Below are positions 28,487 to 38,124 of a DNA stretch of 64,000 bases, one piece after another. How positions within the stretch are numbered: position 1 is the first letter of the stretch; each line of letters opens with the position of its first letter. The stretch comes from an uncultured Candidatus Peribacteria bacterium (GTDB lineage: Bacteria; Patescibacteriota; Gracilibacteria; UBA1369), in contig OZ246407.1 in NCBI GenBank assembly GCA_965231025.1, forward strand, positions 845,512 through 909,511, read 5' to 3'. Both the position numbers and the translations under genes were made by a program. The notes beneath the pieces were generated by a model, which did no database searches, was not told the DNA's origin, and worked only from the letters and a program-made list of their open reading frames with translations.

Positions 28487-29230
28487 ATGTATTCACCTGG
28501 AATTGTCATCGCGTTTTTTGCGGGCGTCCTCTCCGTGGCCTCGCCGTGCATCCTCCCGATCATCCCGTCATTCATGGGATACATCACGGGGGTATCGCTT
28601 TCCGACGGCTACAGCAAACTGCATAAAAAGGTGGCCAGACGGAAACTTTTCATCAACACGCTCATTTTTGGGGCGGGATTTTCGCTCGTCTTCCTGATGT
28701 TCGGAGCGGTCATCGGAGTCATCGGTCAAACGCTGGTTCTCAACCGTCCGATTTTCCAAACCATAGGCGGAATCATCATCATATTTTTCGGCCTCCAGCT
28801 GACCGGACTCATCAACCTCAAGTTCCTCATGAAAGAGAAAAAGCTGGAACTCAGCCCGAAACTCAAAAAAATGGAGTACCTTCGCTCGCTTCTGGTGGGC
28901 ATACTTTTCGCCTTCGGCTGGGCTCCGTGCTACGGACCCATCATCGGAGCGATTTTTACGCTCGCTGCGACCGAAGCCAGCTTTGGACAGGCGATGATGC
29001 TTTTCTTCTTCTACTCGCTCGGATTTTTGGTGCCATTACTGCTCTTTACGTACTTGATCGCCCACGCGTCCCAGAAACTGAAAAAATTCCAGAAATTGGC
29101 GAAATACACTTCCATCGTCGCCGGCATATTCGTCATACTGCTCGGATTCCTCCTGATGACGAACAACTTAAACATCCTGGTGAACTGGATCAATGTGTCC
29201 TATAATATCAATAATATTTCACCTCTTTAA
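28487..29230 (+). CDS. ccdA: cytochrome c biogenesis/thiol-disulfide transporter CcdA (DsbD family)
   Basis: Six-TM protein with an ASPCILP motif in TM1 and WAPCYGP in TM4. Confidence 0.8.
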   Translation: MYSPGIVIAFFAGVLSVASPCILPIIPSFMGYITGVSLSDGYSKLHKKVARRKLFINTLIFGAGFSLVFLMFGAVIGVIGQTLVLNRPIFQTIGGIIIIFFGLQLTGLINLKFLMKEKKLELSPKLKKMEYLRSLLVGILFAFGWAPCYGPIIGAIFTLAATEASFGQAMMLFFFYSLGFLVPLLLFTYLIAHASQKLKKFQKLAKYTSIVAGIFVILLGFLLMTNNLNILVNWINVSYNINNISPL

Positions 29231-29238
29231 TCCAACTT

Positions 29239-29991
29239 ATGAATAAGAATACCAACCCGTGGATGCTTGCGACCATTTTCCTGCTCGGCATCGTGATCGG
29301 ATTCGGCACGGGAAGATACGTTCCGGGAGGAGTCAACCAGGCGGTCACCGCCCCCGCCGTCAACAACGGCAACGCTGTCGGGGCTGCCAACACCCTGGGA
29401 ACACAACCGGCGACGCTGCAAACCGATCCTCAAAACAGCTATGCGAACACCGACAAATCCACCGACACCACGGGGCATTATTCGGTCGGCAATAAAAACG
29501 CCAAGGTGAAAATAGTCGAGTTCAGCGACTTCCAGTGCCCGTTCTGCTACCGGTATTTCGCCGGCGCGTTTCCAAAAATCCTGAACGACTATGTAGCAAC
29601 CGGAAAAGTGTACTACAGCTACTACAACTTCCCGCTCAACATCCATCCTCAGGCGCCAAAAGCGGCGGAAGCCTCCCTTTGCGCGGGTGAACAGAACAAG
29701 TACTGGGAATATCACGATCTGCTTTTTGCAAACCAGAACGTATGGTCCGGAAACGACAACGATACGGAAGTGTACGCCAAACTGGCCCAGTCTCTCAGCC
29801 TTGACGGCGGGAAATTCAGCCAGTGCCTGACGTCCGGCAAATTTGCCAGCGCGGTGAGCACGGACACCCAGGCCGGTGAAGGAAAAGGGATCTCCGGAAC
29901 CCCGACCCTGTTCATCAACGACCAAAAGATCGTCGGGGCCCAGGACTACTACGTATTCAAAAAAGCCATCGAGGACGAACTCAAGAAATAA
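29239..29991 (+). CDS. DsbA-family thiol:disulfide oxidoreductase
   Basis: N-terminal TM segment and thioredoxin fold with an active-site FSDFQCPFC. Confidence 0.8.
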   Translation: MNKNTNPWMLATIFLLGIVIGFGTGRYVPGGVNQAVTAPAVNNGNAVGAANTLGTQPATLQTDPQNSYANTDKSTDTTGHYSVGNKNAKVKIVEFSDFQCPFCYRYFAGAFPKILNDYVATGKVYYSYYNFPLNIHPQAPKAAEASLCAGEQNKYWEYHDLLFANQNVWSGNDNDTEVYAKLAQSLSLDGGKFSQCLTSGKFASAVSTDTQAGEGKGISGTPTLFINDQKIVGAQDYYVFKKAIEDELKK

Positions 29992-30777
29992 CTATTTCAT
30001 GAGCCGGTACAGTATCTCCGCCAAATGCGCCCGCTTGAGCAGCGCTTTTGTGACGGTGCCTTTGGTAAGATTCGGCACCTGCGCGGGAACAACGAACGTC
30101 TCCCACGTAATGAATTTTTTCTCGTAGGCGGTCCAGACATACTGCGCATACCAGGCCCCCGCATCAAAATGGAGAGCGGTGGAAGGCGGCACTTCCAGGA
30201 ACTTGGTGTTGTACGCCATCAAAATTATTTTTAAAGCTTCCACAACCTTCACATCATTGCCGGGACCAAAAGTCCCGTCCGCGTACCCCTGAACCAAACC
30301 CTTTGCTTTGGCATAACACGCATACGGAGCATACCAGTCGTCCTTGGCGTCCTTGAAGCATGCCCGGTAAACGGCGGGGCTCGGGAACACCTTCTGGGCT
30401 TCGAACAAAAGCTTCACCAGCTCCGCGCGGGTCACCAGTTTGTCCGGCTTAAAGCTCCCGTCGACATACCCCGATATCACGTGTTTTTCCTTTAAATAAC
30501 TTATGGCGGCCGCATTCGGATGACGGGTATCGACATCCGTAAATATCGGAGTGGGAGGAGCTTCGCCGCTCAAAACGCTTGCCGGGGCAAACCCCGTAAG
30601 CAATGCGGAATTGTGCAACATGGAACGCACCGAGGGAAAGAAAAACATTCCAAACATCAGCAGAAGGGACGTGACAAAAAACACCGTCCCGAAAGAAACA
30701 ACGTGTTCCCTCTTCACCGTCAGCATTGGAAAAAATTTCGCCGCTTTATAGATTTTGTTTTTGTTTTTGAAAGTCAT
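29992..30777 (-). CDS. SLH (S-layer homology) domain protein
   Basis: N-terminal TM segment. Repeats of the type ..ISGYVDGSFKPDKLVTRAELVKLL and ..VQGYADGTFGPGNDVKVVEALKII. Confidence 0.7.
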   Translation of the reverse strand: MTFKNKNKIYKAAKFFPMLTVKREHVVSFGTVFFVTSLLLMFGMFFFPSVRSMLHNSALLTGFAPASVLSGEAPPTPIFTDVDTRHPNAAAISYLKEKHVISGYVDGSFKPDKLVTRAELVKLLFEAQKVFPSPAVYRACFKDAKDDWYAPYACYAKAKGLVQGYADGTFGPGNDVKVVEALKIILMAYNTKFLEVPPSTALHFDAGAWYAQYVWTAYEKKFITWETFVVPAQVPNLTKGTVTKALLKRAHLAEILYRLMK

Positions 30778-30853
30778 AACTCAAGATAAAACCTTATCTT
30801 GAAATTATAACATAAATTAAAGATTTAGCAAACCAGCAAATACTCAAAATCTA

Positions 30854-31960
30854 TCAATGATGGAGAATATGCTTATACTCCAGCTCATAAATATGGAGGA
30901 ACGTGAAGAAAATGGTCAAAATCAGGGGGCCGAAAATCACGCCCAAAAGCCCGAAAAGCCCGATTCCTCCAAAAACGGCCATAAACACGAGCAACGGATT
31001 GAGATTCGCCTGGTTTCCGATGAAGAAAGCCTGAAAAATATTATCAATGGTACTCACCACCAGCGTTCCCCATATCAGCAGGAACACCCCCGGAACCATA
31101 TGCCCGTTCACAATCAGAAGAAGCGCCGCCGGCAACCAGATGATGGTCGCCCCAAACAAGGGAACGAGGGAAAAAATGCCGATCGCCGTCCCCCAGAAAA
31201 GCGGATTGGGAATACCGGCGATCAAAAAACCGATCCCTCCCAAAATACCTTTAATAATGGACACCAGGAAAATACCGTACACCGTCGCACGGCTCATCTC
31301 CTTGAACTTCTTGAAAAGTTCGAGCTCGTACTCCAAAGGCAAAGGACTGACCTTCATGAGTTTCTTGGTGATTTCCTTATGATCCTTCAGCATATAGTAC
31401 ATCGCGAACAGCAAGATGAAAAAACTGAACAGGATACCACCGACGCCCTTGAGCAGGGAGGCGCTCTGCCCCACCAAAAACGTACTCACGCTGCGGGCGA
31501 GTTCCGTCAGATTTTTCTTCAAGTCCAGGGTATTCACGTCAATGAGCGAATTAAGCTGGGTTAAATTCGCCTGATAATAGTCGTAGAGGAAATTTCCCGA
31601 CTGCCACTTTAAATATTGATCAAAACCTCCGCTCGAAACCTGATGCTGGATAAAAGTGTAAATATCGACGGCCTGACGCGCCAGAAGCAGAACAAAAAGC
31701 AGCAGCGGAATAATGATGAGTGTCAGAACAAGAAAACAGGTGACCAGGGCGGAAAGCGTCGCCCTGTTCTTAAAAAGTTTATAAATCCACTTATAGAGAG
31801 GATAAAACGTAGTCGCAAATATGGCCGCCAGAATGAGCACTGTTAAAAACGGCTTCATCACCAGGTAAAGAAAGATGAACGCGAAAACGAGACACCCGAT
31901 CAGGAAATACCCCGGAAAATATTGTAAGACTACGCCGTTGCCTTTGTGTTTTGGTATCAT
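30854..31960 (-). CDS. AI-2E family transporter (PerM/UPF0118)
   Basis: 368 aa with about 8 TM segments. Typical ..GIFSLVPLFGATIIWLPAALLL.. region. Confidence 0.85.
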   Translation of the reverse strand: MIPKHKGNGVVLQYFPGYFLIGCLVFAFIFLYLVMKPFLTVLILAAIFATTFYPLYKWIYKLFKNRATLSALVTCFLVLTLIIIPLLLFVLLLARQAVDIYTFIQHQVSSGGFDQYLKWQSGNFLYDYYQANLTQLNSLIDVNTLDLKKNLTELARSVSTFLVGQSASLLKGVGGILFSFFILLFAMYYMLKDHKEITKKLMKVSPLPLEYELELFKKFKEMSRATVYGIFLVSIIKGILGGIGFLIAGIPNPLFWGTAIGIFSLVPLFGATIIWLPAALLLIVNGHMVPGVFLLIWGTLVVSTIDNIFQAFFIGNQANLNPLLVFMAVFGGIGLFGLLGVIFGPLILTIFFTFLHIYELEYKHILHH

Positions 31961-31973
31961 AAGAAAAAGTTAT

Positions 31974-32702
31974 TTATGCTGATGGTGTAAACATGAACCC
32001 GATGCCATATCCGGCCAACGCCGAAACCATGCCGATAAGCGCCATCTCCAACCCGCTCCTTCCCCAGTTGCCGATTGTCAGCCTCGCCTTAATGACCCCC
32101 ACAAAGAACAGCGCGATGGCCGAAACGATCATGGAGGAATAAATCCCCTCCTGCACCGGAAGAAAAAAGAAGGGCCACAAAGGGATCAGTGAACCGACGA
32201 TGGCGGAAAAGCCGACGACGAACGCCGCGATGAAAGGCCGTTTTTCCTCCACCGGAGTCAGTTTCAGTTCATCGCTCATCATGGTATCCAGCCAGACCTT
32301 TTCATCTGATGTTATCACCTTCACGATGTCTTCAAGCAGTTTTCCTTTAAAACCTTTTTGGCGGTAAATCTCACGGATTTCTTCAATCTCCATCTCCGGA
32401 ACATCCTTAATTTCACGTTTTTCGCGAGCCAATTCACGATAATAATAATCGCGCTCCGCCACCTTGGAGGTATAAGCGACCGCGGCCATGGAAATGGATT
32501 CGGCAAAAGTGGCCGCCAGACCTCCCGCAAGCACGATGCGCGTATCCTGCGAAGCCGCTGCAACGCCCAAAATAACCCCGAGCACATTCACGAGCCCGTC
32601 CTGCCCACCAAGAATCACTTCACTGAGCCTGTTGCCCCGATGACTCTCACTGGCGAACGCCTGTTGCTTCCCCGGCTTGTGATGAGGATCTTTTTTTGTC
32701 AT
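31974..32702 (-). CDS. VIT1/CCC1 family iron/manganese transporter
   Basis: SEVILGGQDGLVNVLGVILGVAAA, central helical domain, C-terminal TM bundle. Confidence 0.85.
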   Translation of the reverse strand: MTKKDPHHKPGKQQAFASESHRGNRLSEVILGGQDGLVNVLGVILGVAAASQDTRIVLAGGLAATFAESISMAAVAYTSKVAERDYYYRELAREKREIKDVPEMEIEEIREIYRQKGFKGKLLEDIVKVITSDEKVWLDTMMSDELKLTPVEEKRPFIAAFVVGFSAIVGSLIPLWPFFFLPVQEGIYSSMIVSAIALFFVGVIKARLTIGNWGRSGLEMALIGMVSALAGYGIGFMFTPSA

Positions 32703-32760
32703 AAACTGAATTCCTAAAAAACACCGGCATTATAACCCAGAACAGCCTCAAAAACCAATT

Positions 32761-33225
32761 TCAACGCAGTTTGAGAATATGGAAAATCCCCGCGCGCTTA
32801 TAAGGCCACAAAACACGTTTAGTGTGTTGAAACCCCGCACGCTGCTGAAACCGCAGCGAATCCTTAAAACGCGGAGTCGTGGAGGTCCAGATCTCCCGAT
32901 ACCCCTTCCTGCGGACAAAAACCAAAGCTTTTTTATACAACAGTATCCCCCACCCCCGGTGACGGTACCTTTTGGAGATATAAAACCTCCTCAGCTTACA
33001 AACAGTTCCCTTTACGCGACTGATCCCCAGCGTACCGACAATCCTTCCGTTGTGCGCGAGAACCCAAAAATTCCCGCCGCGCCGGAAATAGTACTGCGGA
33101 ATATTCAGAAGGTCCCGGTCCAGCTGCCTGGAGTACTTATACCCGAACTCACCCAAAACGCGTGAAATCAGGCGAACGACATGACGTTTGTCTTCATCAC
33201 GGTATGGTCGGATTTCCATAATCAC
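32761..33225 (-). CDS. GNAT family N-acetyltransferase
   Basis: RHRGWGILLYKKAL.F.R..GY, an acetyl-CoA binding motif (R/Q-x-x-G-x-G/A). Confidence 0.75.
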   Translation of the reverse strand: MIMEIRPYRDEDKRHVVRLISRVLGEFGYKYSRQLDRDLLNIPQYYFRRGGNFWVLAHNGRIVGTLGISRVKGTVCKLRRFYISKRYRHRGWGILLYKKALVFVRRKGYREIWTSTTPRFKDSLRFQQRAGFQHTKRVLWPYKRAGIFHILKLR

Positions 33226-33548
33226 TGGGTTAGCAACCGGTCGATTTTTGCCGCCAGAATAAAATCGTTGTCGGAAAGCCCGCCAATCACGTGCGTCGTC
33301 AATTGCAGCTTGACCCTCCCGTAAAAAATCGTCATGTCGGGATGATGCCCCTCCTCTTCGGCGACGGCAGCGACCCTTGCGACGAAATCCATGGACTCCT
33401 TAAAATTTTTGAACCGGAACTCCCTTTCAATCGACTTCTGGTGCAGCGTCCACTCGGGAATTTCCTTATGAAGATCCTGAGCCTCACGTTTTGAGATCGA
33501 CTGCATGCCTCCTTGAGAGGAAACGCAATGTTTTTGAACTAACGGCAT
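33222..33548 (-). CDS. phhB: 4a-hydroxytetrahydrobiopterin dehydratase (PCD/DCoH)
   Basis: 108 aa. F.F..F..S..FV..VA..AE.EGHHPD....Y..V...LTTH. Confidence 0.88.
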   Translation of the reverse strand: MPLVQKHCVSSQGGMQSISKREAQDLHKEIPEWTLHQKSIEREFRFKNFKESMDFVARVAAVAEEEGHHPDMTIFYGRVKLQLTTHVIGGLSDNDFILAAKIDRLLTQ

Positions 33549-33554
33549 AAATGA

Positions 33555-34094
33555 TTAATAAGAATCAAAATGAATCTCGGACCTGGACATTTTTCGGCTG
33601 AACTCCAGTTCCGGTTTTTTGGATTTGGCGTCATAGAATATCTGATCGCAACCATACCACACCAGGAACCACCCGGCCGGCTCCATAACCACGCGCACAA
33701 ACTCAAGCAGCAGAGTCTGAGTCGGCTGATGGGCGATGTACGACGACAGGAACATCAAAACAAACCCCAGGAGAGCCAAGAATGCCCCGTTCCGCACCAG
33801 CCCACGGGTTTCCTTAGTTATCTGCAAAGACTGCTTGTGAAAATAGTGATGAAGACGGTCCCTGATGATCTCTTCCTCATGGGCGTTTTTAAGGTGCTTG
33901 GGAATCAGGAACCTCATCTCAAGAGTACCGGGTTCGGCCTCACGGATCGCACGTTTCGCCTCGACCAAAAAATCGTCAGAAATGGCCCTCTCGGGATACG
34001 GACGGGGGTCAAAGTCCGAAAACAGGGCGTCGTATCCGTCCAGAATCAGGCTGATATGCGCCTTATCCAAAAGAGTTTTCAGTTCTGGAACCAT
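33555..34094 (-). CDS. hypothetical membrane protein
   Basis: 179-aa ORF with two central TM segments. Confidence 0.5.
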   Translation of the reverse strand: MVPELKTLLDKAHISLILDGYDALFSDFDPRPYPERAISDDFLVEAKRAIREAEPGTLEMRFLIPKHLKNAHEEEIIRDRLHHYFHKQSLQITKETRGLVRNGAFLALLGFVLMFLSSYIAHQPTQTLLLEFVRVVMEPAGWFLVWYGCDQIFYDAKSKKPELEFSRKMSRSEIHFDSY

Positions 34095-34105
34095 GAACGG
34101 AAGGT

Positions 34106-34552
34106 CTAACTTGTAAGATCGCCAATATGCATGCGTTCCATATAACCCCGTGCCTTATCGGAATGCGGAGTGCCGGAACCCATGGGACGCGTTTCAAAAA
34201 ACTGGGTCGCATCCATGCCGCAACCCTGGTAGATGGCCTCTTCCCCCGGATGCATGTTGCCGTATCCGCTCACGTCGTACACCTTTCCGTGAATGATAAA
34301 CCAGCAATCGTTCGGCGTCTTATGAGACGCAACGTCAGCAGCCGTATACAGCTTCACCTCGGCCTGCTGGGATGCCCCCTCCTGCTGACTGGAACCGCCC
34401 ACCGAAAGCGAAGCGGAACTTGCGACCGTGGAAACCGGTTGCTGCGTTGGAACCGTCGTATTTGCCGATTGAGTCTCACCGGTGTCCGCGCACCCGGCAA
34501 ACAATACTCCCGTAACGGTAACCAGTAAGAGAAAAGAACGGATAGCCTTCAT
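34106..34552 (-). CDS. cytochrome b5-like heme/steroid-binding domain lipoprotein
   Basis: ATG at 34552. Lipobox LFAGC. HKTPNDCWFIIHGKVYDVS.Y...HPGG-like motif (HPGEEAI). Confidence 0.7.
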   Translation of the reverse strand: MKAIRSFLLLVTVTGVLFAGCADTGETQSANTTVPTQQPVSTVASSASLSVGGSSQQEGASQQAEVKLYTAADVASHKTPNDCWFIIHGKVYDVSGYGNMHPGEEAIYQGCGMDATQFFETRPMGSGTPHSDKARGYMERMHIGDLTS

Positions 34553-34609
34553 AGAATGGGTTAAAAATAAAAAAAACAGCCACAGTTTACCCCGCTCCAC
34601 GGGAAAATG

Positions 34610-35272
34610 CTATGCGATAGAATGTTCCCTGGCCGCAGCACCGTTTTTCAGGTGAAACTGCAAAAAAATGATCAAACTCAAAATCGCCGCAAAAAAGCAC
34701 CAGACCGAAAAACAACTCACGCTGTAAAAGCGGTACGCGATAACAAAGGAAACAAAAAGACAAAAAGCAAAAAACTTCACCATGCGGTGACTTGAAACGG
34801 CGCAGCTCATACAGGTCGCCACCAGGTAGAGAAACATCATGAGGGTACCGAACGAACTTGGAACGGAATACACGATATTGTAAACGATGCTGTTAAGGGA
34901 GATGAAAGAGGTCACCGGAGTCGTCAGCACGTAATAAAACTGGGAAAGGCCCACGGTAAGACCAACGCCCAAAAAGAGCACCAACACTTTTCTCCTCACC
35001 TTGTCGTGCTCCAGGAGCATGACGGAAAAAGGGACCCAGATAGGCCAGAGCACATGGGAAAACATCACAAACGCGTAGGTGGCGACGGTATGGAACAAGG
35101 CGGAACCAAAAGAGATCCATACGAACCCCTCAATCAACTGCTGTACCCCGAAAAACAAAGGAATGAGGGCAAAGGGAAGTTCAAACCTGTTCTTTGCCTT
35201 TTTTACGGTAACCCTGCCCATCGCGGCCAACGACGCACCCGCAACAAAACTCGCCGGAGCGGAAAAACACAT
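34610..35272 (-). CDS. hypothetical polytopic membrane protein
   Basis: 220 aa with about 6 TM segments. Confidence 0.5.
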   Translation of the reverse strand: MCFSAPASFVAGASLAAMGRVTVKKAKNRFELPFALIPLFFGVQQLIEGFVWISFGSALFHTVATYAFVMFSHVLWPIWVPFSVMLLEHDKVRRKVLVLFLGVGLTVGLSQFYYVLTTPVTSFISLNSIVYNIVYSVPSSFGTLMMFLYLVATCMSCAVSSHRMVKFFAFCLFVSFVIAYRFYSVSCFSVWCFFAAILSLIIFLQFHLKNGAAAREHSIA

Positions 35273-35405
35273 AATCGATCATTATCTATTGAACCGAGCA
35301 TGACACGCCGGAAGCGCGTTTGCAAGACTGTCCATTTCCAAACCCCAAAAGCCATGTTACCATGCTGTGCGCAAAACCCTCTCACCGACTTAACCCAGCC
35401 ACAGA

Positions 35406-35657
35406 ATGTTAGTGACCCTCCACGTCGCCCTGGCGATAATCAGTACCGGCATGACAACCTACACCGCATGGAAACCGTCACGGATAAAACTGCACACCAC
35501 CTATGGCTTAAGCTTGGCAACGATCATAACAGGCATCATTTTAACGGCCTACAGCCCCCACATGATTCTGCAGGCCTGCACGATGGGGCTCTTTTATATC
35601 GGCTTTATGCTCTCGACCGTCGGCATGGCCAACCGCAGGCTGCGAGCCAACATGTAA
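35406..35657 (+). CDS. small hypothetical membrane protein
   Basis: 83 aa with 3 hydrophobic segments. Confidence 0.4.
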   Translation: MLVTLHVALAIISTGMTTYTAWKPSRIKLHTTYGLSLATIITGIILTAYSPHMILQACTMGLFYIGFMLSTVGMANRRLRANM

Positions 35658-35669
35658 TTGGCTTTCCGC

Positions 35670-37133
35670 CTATTTATCAAGATCGAGTGTTTCATCGATC
35701 CGGATTTGGGAAACAAATTCCGGAACGTGTGAAACAAGAATCATGGCACCTTCGTACTCATTGAGCGCGGCGGCAATAACGGGAATGTGTCGGAAATTTA
35801 TGTGGTTCGTCGGTTCATCCAGAATCAGCAGCCCCGGCTTCTGTAAAACCAGCCGAGCAAATGCGACCAGCCCTTTCTGCCCCTCCGAAAGGTGCCCGAT
35901 TTTGCTGTGGATCACCTCTTTGGTCAGGAGAAAACCCGCCGCGACCGAGCGGAGATTTTCCTCAAGCACTTCGTCACCCGACGACTTTAAAGCGGCATGA
36001 AGGGACTGATGAACCGTATCTTCAAAATTCAGGGTGGAAAAATCCTGACGGTAGTAACCGACCCGGATATCCCGCGCAATGACGGCATTTTTTGACTTCC
36101 CGGTGGCCAGAGACTCAAGCAGCGTACTCTTGCCGATGCCGTTTGGCCCCGTAAGGAGCAGATGCTGATTTTTCTTCAGGACGATATTCCCCTTCTTCAG
36201 GGTCGGTTTATGGTTTTTGATGACGTTGTAGGCTGAAATGTTCATAATCTCCCCGGCCATGTCCTCCTGGGCCGGAATGGTAAAGCTCCTGATGGTTTTG
36301 TCCTCCCTGCGGACTTCTACTTTATTTTCCTCGAACTCCTCGGCCTTTTCACGCATGCGCTTTGCCACAAGTCTCAACTTACCCCCCTTGTGGGCAAAAA
36401 CGTTCGCCTGCTCCTTGTTTTCCTGGATTCCCTTGGCGAGCTGGGCATTCTTTCTATTTTCCTTTTCGATGCGGATGGCAATTTCCGCCACCGCGTCATA
36501 ATAGTTGCCCACATACTGCTCCACCGTTTTGGTAAAAACATCCAGATACAAAACCCCCTCGGTAAAAGCGTTCAGAAAGTCCTCGTCATGTGAAATCACA
36601 ATGCAGGTTTTCTCGTAGTTGATGAGAAATTCGGTAAGATGCTCGATACCGGCCCTGTCCAGATTATTGGTGGGCTCATCAAGCAGCAGCAGATCGGGGT
36701 CCTGAATCAGCGCCGAAGCTAGCAGCAACCTTGCCTGCTGACCGCCTGAAAAGGAGTTGATGATACGGTCATGGGGAGCATGAAGATTGACGATTTCAAG
36801 AACGTCATCGATGCGGCGCCCGATATCGTATTTCTTTTCCTTAAAATTTTTCTGGAAAAATTCCTCAACGGTCAGATCCCTGTCTTCCGGACGGATAACC
36901 TGATGGGCAGTAGCGATGGTAAGGCGAGGCACCACGTTCACGGAACCGGATTCCGGCCTGATGACCCCGCTGATGAGTTTAAGAATAGTGCTTTTCCCCG
37001 CACCGTTCTGCCCCATGAAGGTGATCTTCGTCCCGCGGCGCACGGAAAAACTTGCCTCTTTCAGAAGCGGTTTATCGTGGACGAACTCAAACGACACGGC
37101 ATCAAAACTGACGATGGTTTCATGGTAAGACAT
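35670..37133 (-). CDS. ABC-F family ATPase (two ABC cassettes, no TM domain)
   Basis: Walker A GQNGAGKST and GPNGIGKST, signatures FSGGQQARL and LSEGQKGLV, and a charged inter-domain linker. Confidence 0.85.
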   Translation of the reverse strand: MSYHETIVSFDAVSFEFVHDKPLLKEASFSVRRGTKITFMGQNGAGKSTILKLISGVIRPESGSVNVVPRLTIATAHQVIRPEDRDLTVEEFFQKNFKEKKYDIGRRIDDVLEIVNLHAPHDRIINSFSGGQQARLLLASALIQDPDLLLLDEPTNNLDRAGIEHLTEFLINYEKTCIVISHDEDFLNAFTEGVLYLDVFTKTVEQYVGNYYDAVAEIAIRIEKENRKNAQLAKGIQENKEQANVFAHKGGKLRLVAKRMREKAEEFEENKVEVRREDKTIRSFTIPAQEDMAGEIMNISAYNVIKNHKPTLKKGNIVLKKNQHLLLTGPNGIGKSTLLESLATGKSKNAVIARDIRVGYYRQDFSTLNFEDTVHQSLHAALKSSGDEVLEENLRSVAAGFLLTKEVIHSKIGHLSEGQKGLVAFARLVLQKPGLLILDEPTNHINFRHIPVIAAALNEYEGAMILVSHVPEFVSQIRIDETLDLDK

Positions 37134-37240
37134 AATGTTGGATATGCGGCAAAAATAAAATCAGGCCAAGAGAGTATCCTATTTGGCTAGAATTAGAAAG
37201 TACTATAGTCTGAGACCGATTTCCCACACCTACCGACCGA

Positions 37241-38107
37241 ATGAATCCGATCTACAAATGCCCGGTTTGCGGCAATGGACTGATAAAAACAGACAATGTG
37301 TTTGTATGCGGCCAAAAACACAGCTACGACATTTCCAGCCGGGGCTACGTGAACCTGCTCCTGGCGAACCAGAAAAGAACAAAAGAACCCGGAGACAACA
37401 AAGAGATGGTTGAAAACAGGAAATATTTCCTGGAACAGGGATACTACGATCATTTATCCGACAGGCTGAATGAAATAATCTCGGCACATGTCTCCAAATC
37501 CTTCTCCCATGATGACAAAGAAATGAATATTTTGGATTTGGGCTGCGGCGAGGGATTTTACAGTGCCCGGCTGCTGTCGAAGCTCAGGTCGGTTTTTGAA
37601 AAATCAAAACAGGCCGGACCGATCCGGCTGTGGGGAATCGATATTTCCAAAGCCGCGATCCAAAATGCGTCCAAAAGAGATCCGGAAATTCAATACTGCA
37701 TTGGAAGCAATTTCCAGTTACCGTATCTGGACGAGTCCTTTGCCTGTATTTTTTCCATTTTTTCACCTTTTGACCCAAAAGAATTACTGAGAGTACTCAA
37801 ACCTGGAGGAAAACTCATTATCGTCCGAGCCGGGACAAACCATCTTAAAGAACTCGCTTCATTGATCTATGAAAAATTCGCACTGCAGGGTAACCCGTCC
37901 ACTCTGGCGGCGGACCTGAACCTGCAACCTGTTCAAACATTCGAGGTTAAATATCAGATTCACCTGAAGAACACCCGGGACATTGAAAGCCTGATCGGCA
38001 TGACCCCCTACTTCTGGAGCCTGGGCGAAGAAAAAAAACTGCTCCTGTCACAGAAACAAGAGCTCACCGTGACGGCGGATTTCCGGTTGTCATTATTTCA
38101 AAAATAA
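37241..38107 (+). CDS. rlmA: 23S rRNA (guanine-N1)-methyltransferase RlmA-like
   Basis: N-terminal Zn ribbon (CPVCGNGL...FVCGQKHSYDISSRGYVNLL) and SAM motif ILDLGCGEG. Confidence 0.75.
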   Translation: MNPIYKCPVCGNGLIKTDNVFVCGQKHSYDISSRGYVNLLLANQKRTKEPGDNKEMVENRKYFLEQGYYDHLSDRLNEIISAHVSKSFSHDDKEMNILDLGCGEGFYSARLLSKLRSVFEKSKQAGPIRLWGIDISKAAIQNASKRDPEIQYCIGSNFQLPYLDESFACIFSIFSPFDPKELLRVLKPGGKLIIVRAGTNHLKELASLIYEKFALQGNPSTLAADLNLQPVQTFEVKYQIHLKNTRDIESLIGMTPYFWSLGEEKKLLLSQKQELTVTADFRLSLFQK

Positions 38108-38124
38108 CGAGGAACCATCCATCC

